A DNA stretch of 60,670 bases from Desulfuromonadales bacterium (GTDB lineage: Bacteria > Desulfobacterota > Desulfuromonadia > Desulfuromonadales > UBA2197): the NCBI GenBank assembly GCA_014859605.1, contig JACUTW010000005.1, positions 1 to 60,670 of the forward strand, given 5' to 3'. The position numbers and the translations under genes are program-made. The notes under the pieces are model-generated. The model made no database searches, was not told the origin of the DNA, and saw only the letters and a list, made by a program, of their open reading frames with translations. Shown piece by piece: positions 29,475-37,936 of this stretch. The number at the start of each line of letters is the position of its first letter. The stretch's first letter is position 1.

Positions 29475-30071
29475 ATGAAGAGAATTTTTTCAGGCTGCAT
29501 TCTGCTCCTTCTGCTGGCATTGACGGCCGGTTGTGCTTCGAAGGTTCAGTACGGTGATGCCGGTTCGGCCAAGCCGCTGAGTGTCGAATTTGGCTCTTCG
29601 GATCTGCAACAGATCGGCGAAGCGATGGTCGATTCCCTGCTGACTTTCCCGCCGATTGTTGAGATGACAGCACAGCGGCGGCCGGTGATTGCCGTCGATA
29701 AAGTCAAGAACAAGACGATGCAGCATATCGATACCGAATCGATTACCGATTCGATCCGCGCCAAACTCATCCGTTCCGGTAAGTTCCGCTTCATTGACCG
29801 CACTACCGATGAAGCCGCTATTGCCGAGTTGACGATCCAGCAGGAGAGCGGTCTGGTCGATCCCAAGACGGCTGTCGACTTTGGCCAGCAGATCGGCGCC
29901 GAGTTTTTGCTGACCGCTAACTTTTCGGAAATCCGTCAGAGACAGGGGAACATCACCGATACCTACTATAAATTCACCATGAACCTGAAGAATCTCAGAA
30001 CCGGGATTCTCGAATGGTCCGATGAAAAGGAAATTCGTAAAACCTTTAAAAGATCGACTTTCGGAGGGTAA
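29475..30071 (+). CDS. lpoB: LpoB-like (COG3417) lipoprotein, putative PBP activator
   Basis: Lipobox TAGC; FGS.DLQ.I...MVDSLL, RPVI.V..VKNKT.QHIDT..ITD.I...L..SGKFRF, G.LEWSDEKEIRK; follows a YcfL-like gene. Confidence 0.75.
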   Translation: MKRIFSGCILLLLLALTAGCASKVQYGDAGSAKPLSVEFGSSDLQQIGEAMVDSLLTFPPIVEMTAQRRPVIAVDKVKNKTMQHIDTESITDSIRAKLIRSGKFRFIDRTTDEAAIAELTIQQESGLVDPKTAVDFGQQIGAEFLLTANFSEIRQRQGNITDTYYKFTMNLKNLRTGILEWSDEKEIRKTFKRSTFGG

Positions 30072-30077
30072 TTCATT

Positions 30078-30578
30078 ATGCGTCGAATTCTTCACCTCGC
30101 CGGATTCCTGGCCCTGCTCATTCTTCTGTCCGCCTGCTCGTCCAAGGTCAATCGCTTGGTCATGCAGGAAAAGACTGCCATCGACACTGAAACCGGTGTC
30201 ATCTGGATGAAGAACGCCAACCTCGCCAACAAGCCTCTCCCTTGGCGGGCTGATGACAATGTTTATGCCTTTATCCAGAATCTCAACAAAAGCACCTTCG
30301 GCGGTTATGCCGATTGGCGGGTGCCGACGCGCACCGAGATGACCTCACTGCTTAATTACGCTAAAAAGACCGGCAAGTACAAAATTGAAAAGGTCGAAAC
30401 CTGGCCGTATCAGGTCCTGCGTAATCTCGGCTTCCAGGATGTCAAAGATTACGGCTACTGGACTTCGACCCGCGAATCGAACAGTGAAATGTATATTGCC
30501 GATTTCGCCACCGGTAAAGTCACCGCTAAACCGGAGGATAAACCCTACTATCTCTGGCCGGTCCGCGGCGGGCGCTAA
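30078..30578 (+). CDS. DUF1566 (Lcl C-terminal) domain lipoprotein
   Basis: Lipobox LSAC; D..TG.IW.K.A, LN...FGGY.DWR.PT..E..SL, YWTST, terminal WPVRGG. Confidence 0.8.
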   Translation: MRRILHLAGFLALLILLSACSSKVNRLVMQEKTAIDTETGVIWMKNANLANKPLPWRADDNVYAFIQNLNKSTFGGYADWRVPTRTEMTSLLNYAKKTGKYKIEKVETWPYQVLRNLGFQDVKDYGYWTSTRESNSEMYIADFATGKVTAKPEDKPYYLWPVRGGR

Positions 30579-30599
30579 GTTTGATCTGTACAGGAATGA

Positions 30600-30636
30600 G
30601 AAGGGCACGGAAACGTCAGTTTTTCGTGCCCTTCTT
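30600..30636 (+). terminator. Hairpin closing the lipoprotein operon
   Basis: GAAGGGCACG...CGTGCCCTTC stem followed by TT. Confidence 0.55.
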
Positions 30637-30662
30637 AGGTATGAACCTGGAAAAAACTGTTG

Positions 30663-30767
30663 CACACGGATGACACGGATGTAACGGATAAGAGACGGAT
30701 TAATCTAAGGCATAATCCAGCTTTTTTTAATTCGTGAAAATCCGTATCATCAGATTTTATCCGTGTG
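30663..30767. repeat. Palindromic element built from about 9-bp ACGGAT-core units
   Basis: Left arm has four ACGGAT cores; right arm has inverted ATCCGT-like cores; termini CACACGGAT / ATCCGTGTG are a perfect inverted repeat. Confidence 0.7.
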
Positions 30768-30836
30768 AAATGTTTTTGTCTTTGAACCTGCAAAGGCCAG
30801 GGGCACAATCGGGAAAATGGAGATGTATCTGAATTT

Positions 30837-31460
30837 ATGGGTAATTACAGCGTGGTGGTGCTCGACTTCGAAACCACCGGCCTTTCCCCGGATGGTGGTG
30901 ATCGCGCCATAGAAATCGGCGCGGTCCTGCTGCAGGACAACCGGATCGTCGATCGTTTTCAGAGCCTGATGAATCCGGAGATGAGGGTCAACAGCTTCAT
31001 TTCGGAGTATACCGGCATCACCAACGCGATGCTCGCCAGTGCCCCCTCCACCTCCGAGGCGATGGAGAAGTTCGCCAAGTTCATGGCCGGGCATCATTTG
31101 GTGGCTCACAACGCCAGCTTCGACCGGCGATTTCTCGACGCCGAACTGCTGCGTATCAATAAGCGACGGCAGCAGGACTTCGCCTGTTCCATGCTTGTCG
31201 CCCGCCGTCTTTATCCCGACGCGCCGAGTCATCGGCTTGAAACTTTGGTCCGCTACAAAAACCTCGTCACCAGCGGTGTCTACCACCGGGCCTTGGCCGA
31301 TGCGGAGATGACGGCTCATCTCTGGATCAGCATGGTCATTGATCTCAAGGAAGACTTCCAATTTCGGCAGGTCCCTTTTGCGCTGATGCAGCAGCTGGCC
31401 AAGGTGCCGAAAGCCGCCGTGCCGACTTTTTTGCGGAAAGTTGCGGCGGAGCAGGGCTGA
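30837..31460 (+). CDS. DEDDh 3'-5' exonuclease (DnaQ/PolC-exo-like)
   Basis: VLDFETTG, IEIGAV, VAHNASFD, HRALADAE. Confidence 0.92.
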   Translation: MGNYSVVVLDFETTGLSPDGGDRAIEIGAVLLQDNRIVDRFQSLMNPEMRVNSFISEYTGITNAMLASAPSTSEAMEKFAKFMAGHHLVAHNASFDRRFLDAELLRINKRRQQDFACSMLVARRLYPDAPSHRLETLVRYKNLVTSGVYHRALADAEMTAHLWISMVIDLKEDFQFRQVPFALMQQLAKVPKAAVPTFLRKVAAEQG

Positions 31461-31530
31461 AAGTTATTCATACAGCGGAAAAACAGTTAAGTTCACAAAC
31501 CTCAGCCCATCACCAATACAAAGGAACTCC

Positions 31531-31723
31531 ATGAGCGCTCTCCCTCCCTGCCCAGCCTGCAAATCCACCTACACTTACGAAGACGGCAGCATGCTCATCT
31601 GCCCGGAATTTGCCCACGAATGGTCCCAGTCCGCAGCCGTCGCACCGTCCTAGCAGCAAAAAGTGGTGCGCGATGCCCATGGTAACGAACTGCACGACGG
31701 CGACGCGGTGACGGCGATCAAGG
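31531..31723 (+). pseudogene. Truncated, disrupted 5' copy of phnA/yjdM
   Basis: Colinear over 193 bp with 32842-33034; in-frame TAG at 31651 where the intact copy has GAG; second CxxC changed to CPEF; homology ends at GATCAAGG. Confidence 0.88.
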
Positions 31724-31760
31724 TTACGGTACTAACAGGCAGAATTTTGAAGGATGAACG

Positions 31761-32780
31761 ATGAATAATTCCGAAATTCTCATCTACCGGAACCCTGACG
31801 GAAAGATCAAAATCGACGTCCGCCTGGAGGATGAAACGGTCTGGTTGTCACAAGAGCACATGGCTCAGCTTTTCGGCAAGAGCAAGAAGACCATCTCCGA
31901 GCATCTTCGCAATATCTTTGCCGAGGGTGAACTGGACGAAGCAGTGGTTGTCCGGAATTTCCGGTCAACCACCCGGCACGGAGCAGTAGCGGGCAAAACC
32001 CAGTCACGGCAAGTTCAATTCTACAATCTCGATGTCATCATCTCCGTCGGCTACCGGGTCAAATCACAACAAGGGACTCAATTTCGCATCTGGGCTACTC
32101 AGCGCCTCAAGGAATATATCGTCAAAGGTTTCGCGCTGAACGATGAGCGATTCAAGAGCGGCAGTTCCATGAACTATTTCAAGGAACTGCAAGAGCGCAT
32201 TCGGGAAATCCGGCTTTCCGAACGGTTCTTCTACCAGAAGATCAAGGATATTTACACCACCAGCATTGACTACGATCCCAAGGACGAAAAGACACTGGAG
32301 TTCTTCAAGGTCGTGCAGAACAAACTGTTGTGGGCCATCAGTGAGCAGACCGCGGCGGAGTTGGTCTTCCGCCGGGTTGATGCCGAGTTGCCTTTGATGG
32401 GAATGCAGTCTTTCGATAAGAAAGGCGATCTACCCATTCGGAAAAGCGATGTCGGCATCGCTAAGAACTACCTGAACGTGGATGAAATCAAACTGCTGGG
32501 TCTGCTGGTCGAACAGTACCTCGCCTTTGCCGAGGTCATGGCACAGCAGCAAACGCCCATGTACATGAAGGACTGGATACAGCGCTTGGATGCCATTATT
32601 CACCTCAACGGCCGGGAACTTCTGACCCATGCCGGAAAGATCAGCCACCAGATGGCCTTGGAAAAATCGACGCTGGAGTATGATAAATACCGGGAAACGC
32701 AGCGGCAGATTGAGCATGAAGAGAGTCTCAAGGAGTTGGAGCAAGACCTTAAACAGCTCAAGCCCCAGCAAACAAAGTGA
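31761..32780 (+). CDS. RhuM-family protein
   Basis: ETVWLSQ..MAQLF......ISEHL.NIF.EGEL, YNLDVIISVGYRVKS..GTQFR.WAT..LKEY..KGF.L.DER, IR.IR.SE..FYQK..DIY, VQNKL, AKNYL, GKISH. Confidence 0.9.
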   Translation: MNNSEILIYRNPDGKIKIDVRLEDETVWLSQEHMAQLFGKSKKTISEHLRNIFAEGELDEAVVVRNFRSTTRHGAVAGKTQSRQVQFYNLDVIISVGYRVKSQQGTQFRIWATQRLKEYIVKGFALNDERFKSGSSMNYFKELQERIREIRLSERFFYQKIKDIYTTSIDYDPKDEKTLEFFKVVQNKLLWAISEQTAAELVFRRVDAELPLMGMQSFDKKGDLPIRKSDVGIAKNYLNVDEIKLLGLLVEQYLAFAEVMAQQQTPMYMKDWIQRLDAIIHLNGRELLTHAGKISHQMALEKSTLEYDKYRETQRQIEHEESLKELEQDLKQLKPQQTK

Positions 32781-32841
32781 ACAAGTACGCCGTTATTCGC
32801 GGCGATAACCACTGATTATCCACAACAACAAAGGATTCCCA

Positions 32842-33183
32842 ATGACCACACTTCCTCCTTGTCCAGACTGCAAATCCACCTACACTTACGAAGACGGCAC
32901 CTTACTCATCTGTCCGGAATGCGCCCATGAATGGTCCAGCGTCGCGGCGGCTGAACCGGTCGAGCAGCAAAAAGTGGTGCGCGATGCCCATGGCAACGAA
33001 CTGCACGACGGCGATGCGGTGACGGTGATCAAGGATCTGAAGATCAAGGGCTCATCGCTGGTCGTCAAGGTCGGCACCAAAGTCCGCAATATCCGCCTTG
33101 TCGACGGCGATCACGACATTGATTGCAAGATCGACGGTATCGGCGCGATGGGACTGAAGTCGGAATTCGTCAAGAAGAGTTAA
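32842..33183 (+). CDS. phnA: PhnA/YjdM zinc-ribbon protein
   Basis: [78 protein letters not shown]. Confidence 0.92.
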   Translation: MTTLPPCPDCKSTYTYEDGTLLICPECAHEWSSVAAAEPVEQQKVVRDAHGNELHDGDAVTVIKDLKIKGSSLVVKVGTKVRNIRLVDGDHDIDCKIDGIGAMGLKSEFVKKS

Positions 33184-33215
33184 GTGCCACGGAGAACGCG
33201 AGGAGGTAATCGCCC

Positions 33216-34598
33216 TTGAACAACGCAATCCCCAGAGCTCAGTGGGCCTCGCGTCTCGGCTTCATTCTCGCCGCCGCGGGGAGCGCCGTCGGACTCGGCA
33301 ATATCTGGAAGTTTCCTTATGTGACCGGCCAGAATGGCGGCGGTGCCTTTGTCCTTGTCTACCTTGGCTGCATCCTCGTCGTCGGCCTGCCGATCATGAT
33401 GGCTGAGCTGATGATCGGCCGCCACACCCGCCGCGCCGCGGTCGGCGCCTTCATGGCTCTGGAAAAGCGCAAATCCCCCTGGATCCTTGTCGGCTGGGTC
33501 AGTACCCTCAGTGCCTTTGTTATCCTTTCCTACTATGCCGTTGTTGCCGGCTGGACTCTCGACTATGTCTACCTCGCCGTCGTTGGCAGCTTCAACGGCC
33601 AGAGCCCGGACACGATCGAGGGACTCTTCGGCAGCCTGATCAACGACGGTCTTCGTCAGACCGTCTGGCTCTTCATCTTCCTTGCCCTTTGCCTCGGGAT
33701 TGTCTTCGGCGGGGTACAGAAGGGGATCGAGCGCTGGAGCAAGATCCTGATGCCGATCCTTTTTGTCCTTCTTCTTCTCCTCTTCGGCAATGCCATGCTC
33801 AGTGACGGCGCGGCCGCGGGGCTGCGTTTCATGTTTCGCCCTGATTTCGGCAAGCTGACACCAGGGGCGATTCTCGAAGCGATGGGGCACGCCTTCTACA
33901 CCCTCTCCCTCGGCATGGCTGCGATGATTACCTACGGATCCTACCTGCGCCGGGATGAGGATCTCTTCGGGGCGAGTGTGAAGATCGCCAGCCTCGACAC
34001 CACCATCGCCCTGGTGGCTGGTCTCGCCATCTTCCCCGTCGTCTTCGCTGTGGGGATGGAGCCGGCAGCCGGCCCCGGTCTCGTCTTCAAGACCCTACCG
34101 GTAACTTTCTCCCGGCTCCCGGGCGGTTATGTTCTGGGGATTCTCTTCTTTCTCCTCCTTGCTTTTGCTGCCCTGACCAGTGCCGTCTCTCTCCTCGAAG
34201 CCCAGGTCGCCTACCTCATCGACGAAAAAGGGTGGGGCCGCAAGAAGGCAACAACGGTCCTGACCTGCATCATTTTTCTGGTCGGTATCCCCTCGGCCCT
34301 GTCTTATAACGTCCTTGGCGACTTCAAGATGCTCGGCGACCGTTCTTTCTTTGACGCCCTTGACTTGATCGCCTCCAACTATCTGCTGCCGATCGCCGGT
34401 CTCTTTACTGCCATCTACGTCGGCTGGTTCTGGCGCGGCTCCGAGGAGAAGAAAGAGTTGGTGGCCGGAGGCTCCGGCTGGATCTATCCGGTCTGGCACT
34501 TCCTCATTCGCTACGTCACGCCGCTGGCGGTTGGGGCGGTACTGTACTTCAAGATTGAAGAATCGGGCCTTTTCGCCTGGTTCAGCACTCTCTTCTAA
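33216..34598 (+). CDS. Sodium-dependent transporter, NSS/SNF family
   Basis: W.SRLGFILAAAGSAVGLGNIWKFPY..G.NGGGAF, TLSLGM..MITYGSY, GPGLVF, AALTS..SLLE; TTG start after GGAGG. Confidence 0.95.
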   Translation: MNNAIPRAQWASRLGFILAAAGSAVGLGNIWKFPYVTGQNGGGAFVLVYLGCILVVGLPIMMAELMIGRHTRRAAVGAFMALEKRKSPWILVGWVSTLSAFVILSYYAVVAGWTLDYVYLAVVGSFNGQSPDTIEGLFGSLINDGLRQTVWLFIFLALCLGIVFGGVQKGIERWSKILMPILFVLLLLLFGNAMLSDGAAAGLRFMFRPDFGKLTPGAILEAMGHAFYTLSLGMAAMITYGSYLRRDEDLFGASVKIASLDTTIALVAGLAIFPVVFAVGMEPAAGPGLVFKTLPVTFSRLPGGYVLGILFFLLLAFAALTSAVSLLEAQVAYLIDEKGWGRKKATTVLTCIIFLVGIPSALSYNVLGDFKMLGDRSFFDALDLIASNYLLPIAGLFTAIYVGWFWRGSEEKKELVAGGSGWIYPVWHFLIRYVTPLAVGAVLYFKIEESGLFAWFSTLF

Positions 34599-34619
34599 TG
34601 ACGCAGGCAGGGGAGGCGT

Positions 34620-34649
34620 TTGACTCTATTTCTCAGCCCGTGCTATAAA
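34620..34649 (+). promoter_or_regulatory. Sigma70-like promoter for the metal efflux operon
   Basis: TTGACT-18 nt-TATAAA with extended TGn, just upstream of GAGG and ATG 34673. Confidence 0.55.
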
Positions 34650-34672
34650 TTCAGCTTGATTTGTGAGGTTGC

Positions 34673-35122
34673 ATGCGTCAATCGTCGATTAAAATAATCA
34701 TCCTGCTTCAGGTCTTTCTTTATCTCCTCGGCGGGCATGCGACGGCGCATGGGCTGGCCTGGTGCCTGAGCGCCGATGGTCACGCCCATGTGGAGACCGC
34801 CGCTGGCTGCATGACCGGACAAGAAGAGCGCTCATCTGCAAGCGTTGATTTTTGTCTCAGTGCGGTTGATGAAGCGAATCGGGCGGCTCACAGCGGGGTT
34901 GAATGCCGGCATTTGCCAGTCACTGCCCCGCACGCGTCCAACGGCATTTCGGCGCAAAAAGTTGCCGCGGTTAGTGTTGCCGTTATTATTCCGGCACGTT
35001 TCGATTCTACTTTGCGGTGCCTCACGGCCGCTGTTTATCAGCAAACCCCATTCCTTTCTTTTCTAGAACTCCCCCCCAATGTGGCGCTTGTTTCTCTCCG
35101 AACCATCGTCCTGGTCATTTAA
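34673..35122 (+). CDS. Small exported Cys/His protein heading the efflux operon (CzcI-like position)
   Basis: Hydrophobic N-terminus; WCLSADGHAHVE...C, H...C.H.P; Pro-containing hydrophobic C-terminus LPP...LVSLRTIVLVI; has its own promoter and RBS. Confidence 0.65.
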   Translation: MRQSSIKIIILLQVFLYLLGGHATAHGLAWCLSADGHAHVETAAGCMTGQEERSSASVDFCLSAVDEANRAAHSGVECRHLPVTAPHASNGISAQKVAAVSVAVIIPARFDSTLRCLTAAVYQQTPFLSFLELPPNVALVSLRTIVLVI

Positions 35123-35224
35123 AAACTTCCCGCCAACAAACTGCGACAGTTCTTTTCTCCGGACGTAACACTGCGTCGGAGCAATCTTTCTTTGCGTTTT
35201 ATCCCTCATTTTGGAGTCATCCTG

Positions 35225-36562
35225 ATGTTTGCCAAGACCCGCTTTGTTTGCGGCGCCGCCCTTGGATTGCTGTGCTTTGCCACCCCTGCGTTGCAAGCGG
35301 AGGCTGCCGAACCGGTTACCGCGGCGATATTTCCATCCCCTATGCTCTCAGCCTTTCCGGCAGAAACCGAACTGTCGCTGCGGGAAGTACTGAATCTTTC
35401 TCTGCAATCGCATCCGGAGCTGAGCGCTTACGCCGCTGAAAGTCGGGCTCGTGCCGCGGAAATTTCCCAGACCGCCCGTTTCATTAACCCCGAACTCGCT
35501 GTCGAAGTGGCGAATGTTGCCGGCAGCGGTGCCTACAGCGGCTTCGATGCGGCTGAAACGACGCTGCAGCTGAGCCAGCAGATTGAGCTTGGCAACAAAC
35601 GGCAACTGCGGCGCGGCCTGGCCGAACTGGAGCATGACCGGGCGCTGCGTGACCTTGAGGTCGTCACAGTGGAGGTGCAGGCGCGCATTGCCAAGCATTT
35701 CTGGACGCTGCTTGCTGCCCAGGAGCGTCTTAAACTCGCCGACGAACAAGTCGCTGTGGCGACAGCAACGTTGGCGGTTGTCGAGGAGAAGATTTCCGCG
35801 GGACGGGCTCCGAGCGTGGAAAAGTATCGTTTCCAATCTGCATTGGCTGAGGCCCGATTGAGCAGAGAGCAGGCGCTGCTGGCGCAGACCGCGGCACGCC
35901 AGACCCTGGCTGACCATCTTGGCCTTGAAGCGGCGGCGCCGAGCAAAGTCTTGGGTGATCTGAGCCGTCTGCCCCTGTTGCCCGCATACGCCGGGATTCA
36001 GGCGCAGCTGGAGAAAAGCCCGGAGATCGCCCGCCGGCAACTGGAGAGCGAAGCGAAACGTCGTGATCTGGCTTTGACGCGAGCCAACCGCATCGCTGAT
36101 CCGACCCTTGCTCTGGGTCTGCGTCATTATCAGGAATCCGACGACAACGCTTTGATCTTCGGCTTCTCCCTGCCGCTCCCCCTCTTTGACCGCAATCAAG
36201 GGAATGTTCAGGCCGCCACGCATCGTCTGGTCGCAGCGCAGGCACAGGAAGCCAGTGGATTGATCCAGAGCCGCGCCGGCCTTGTCGAGAAATGGCAGTC
36301 TCTTGCCGCCAGTTCGGCCGAAGCGCAGGCGCTGCGCGAGCAGATCATCCCCTTTGCACAGCAAACTTACGAAGCAGCCAGCTACGGTTATCAATCCGGA
36401 AAGTTCGGCGTGCTGGAAGTACAGGATGCCCAGCGAAGTCTGGTTGAGGTTCGTGGGCGTTATCTCGATGTGCTACTGACCGCCCACCTGGAAGCGGTCG
36501 AACTGCAACAACTGCTTGGACGCGCACCGTTGTCCACTACTGATCAATTTATGAAAGACTGA
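35225..36562 (+). CDS. czcC: TolC-family outer membrane factor (CzcC-like)
   Basis: Signal peptide; NPEL, LSQ.IELG.KR..R, SLPLPLFDRNQGN, Y..GKFG.LEV.DAQR. Start at ATG 35225 after GGAG. Confidence 0.88.
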   Translation: MFAKTRFVCGAALGLLCFATPALQAEAAEPVTAAIFPSPMLSAFPAETELSLREVLNLSLQSHPELSAYAAESRARAAEISQTARFINPELAVEVANVAGSGAYSGFDAAETTLQLSQQIELGNKRQLRRGLAELEHDRALRDLEVVTVEVQARIAKHFWTLLAAQERLKLADEQVAVATATLAVVEEKISAGRAPSVEKYRFQSALAEARLSREQALLAQTAARQTLADHLGLEAAAPSKVLGDLSRLPLLPAYAGIQAQLEKSPEIARRQLESEAKRRDLALTRANRIADPTLALGLRHYQESDDNALIFGFSLPLPLFDRNQGNVQAATHRLVAAQAQEASGLIQSRAGLVEKWQSLAASSAEAQALREQIIPFAQQTYEAASYGYQSGKFGVLEVQDAQRSLVEVRGRYLDVLLTAHLEAVELQQLLGRAPLSTTDQFMKD

Positions 36563-36571
36563 GGAATCATC

Positions 36572-37927
36572 ATGAAGATAACGCGAATTGTCACAATCAT
36601 CGTTATGCTGATCGCGGCCGCTGCCGGCGGCTGGTTTGCCGCTTCATCGCGGAGCCACAACTCTGAACATGGGGAAGAACAGGCGCATGTCGCAGAGAGC
36701 AAGGCGACCGATCACGATGATCACGATGATCATGACGAAGAAGAGGCTGAAGAGGATGGCCACGAAGGGCACGGCCATGGGAAGAAGCCGGCTGCCGGTG
36801 AATATTGTCCGGAGCATCGGATGCTGGAAGCGGTCGATGCCCTGTGCAATCCGGATCTGATTATTCCGCTCTTGCCGGGGCAAGGGGTCCTGGTGCGTTT
36901 AGGGACACCGGAAGCGGCGGCGCGGGCCGGGGTGGCGACGGTTCTGCCGCAAAAGGTGGCGAGCGCCACTGGTCCGATCTTTCCGTCGCAGACCATTTAC
37001 AGCCGCAACGGGCTGGCGCAGGTTGCCGCCCTGACCTCCGGGGTGGTGCAACGGCTGTATGTCGATGTCGGAACCGCGGTGGTCAAGGGGCAGATTCTCG
37101 CTGAAATCGCTTCGACCGAGGTCTCCAGTTCCCGCGCCGAATTAGCAACGGCGCAGAGCCGGCTGAACCTGGCCGAAACGGCGCTGCGGCGGGAAGAACA
37201 GCTCTTCGCCAAAGGGATCAGTGCCCGGCAGGAGCTTGAACAGATCCGGGCAGAGCAGGAAGCTTCTATCGCAACCCTGGAGCAGGCGCGGCAGCGGCTG
37301 GCTCTTTACGGTGCCGCTGCCCAGGGGAGCGGCGCGACGATAACCCTGCGTTCACCTTTGACCGGGATCGTCGCGGAACGGAGTGTCGTTGCCGGGCAGT
37401 CGATCCTGCCGGAAACGCCCCTCTTCACCGTCGTCAATCTCGCCCGCATGGGGATCGAACTCTCCCTGCCGGCGGATCGCATTGCTCTCGCCAAGGTCGG
37501 CGCGCCGATCGAGGCGCTCTTTGACGGCATGGAAGGGGAGCGATTCACCGGAAAAATTGTTCAGATTGCTCCCGCTCTCGACAGCCAGACGCGCTTGCTC
37601 AAGGTGTTGGCCGAGGTGGAAAATCCGCAGCAGCTGCTCAAGAGCGGTCTCTTTGGCCAGGTCCGTTTACTCGGGGCCGTGGCCGGCGAGGCCCTGGAGA
37701 TCCCCGGCAATGCCGTGCAGATGATCGACGGCAAACCCTTTGTCTTTATTGAGCGGGAATCCGATCTCTTTGAGCTGCGTCGCGTGGCGACCGGACCGCG
37801 GCGGGGGAAGTTTATCCTGGTCGAAGCCGGCCTGCACGACGACGAAAAGGTCGTGGCGACGCAGGGCTTTGCCCTGAAATCCGAAGTCCTCAAGTCGCGT
37901 CTCGGCGCGTCCTGCGCCGATCACTAG
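36572..37927 (+). CDS. czcB: RND periplasmic adaptor (CzcB-like) with His/Asp-rich and Cys/His N-terminal region
   Basis: TM anchor, DHDDHDDHD...GHEGHGHG, lipoyl-like V.KGQ.LA / LRSPLTG.V, D..TR..KV..EV.N....LK.G.F. Confidence 0.88.
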   Translation: MKITRIVTIIVMLIAAAAGGWFAASSRSHNSEHGEEQAHVAESKATDHDDHDDHDEEEAEEDGHEGHGHGKKPAAGEYCPEHRMLEAVDALCNPDLIIPLLPGQGVLVRLGTPEAAARAGVATVLPQKVASATGPIFPSQTIYSRNGLAQVAALTSGVVQRLYVDVGTAVVKGQILAEIASTEVSSSRAELATAQSRLNLAETALRREEQLFAKGISARQELEQIRAEQEASIATLEQARQRLALYGAAAQGSGATITLRSPLTGIVAERSVVAGQSILPETPLFTVVNLARMGIELSLPADRIALAKVGAPIEALFDGMEGERFTGKIVQIAPALDSQTRLLKVLAEVENPQQLLKSGLFGQVRLLGAVAGEALEIPGNAVQMIDGKPFVFIERESDLFELRRVATGPRRGKFILVEAGLHDDEKVVATQGFALKSEVLKSRLGASCADH

Positions 37928-37936
37928 GGGGCCGTT

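Noticed and set aside
31651-31653. In-frame TAG in the first phnA copy as possible recoding (pyrrolysine or read-through)
   Set aside because: The same copy has lost a zinc-ligand Cys and its whole 3' half; simple pseudogenisation explains it.
30837-32780. Exonuclease plus RhuM as a two-gene defence system
   Set aside because: The exonuclease lies outside the phnA direct repeats that bound the RhuM insert, so the adjacency looks incidental; I have no evidence for functional coupling.
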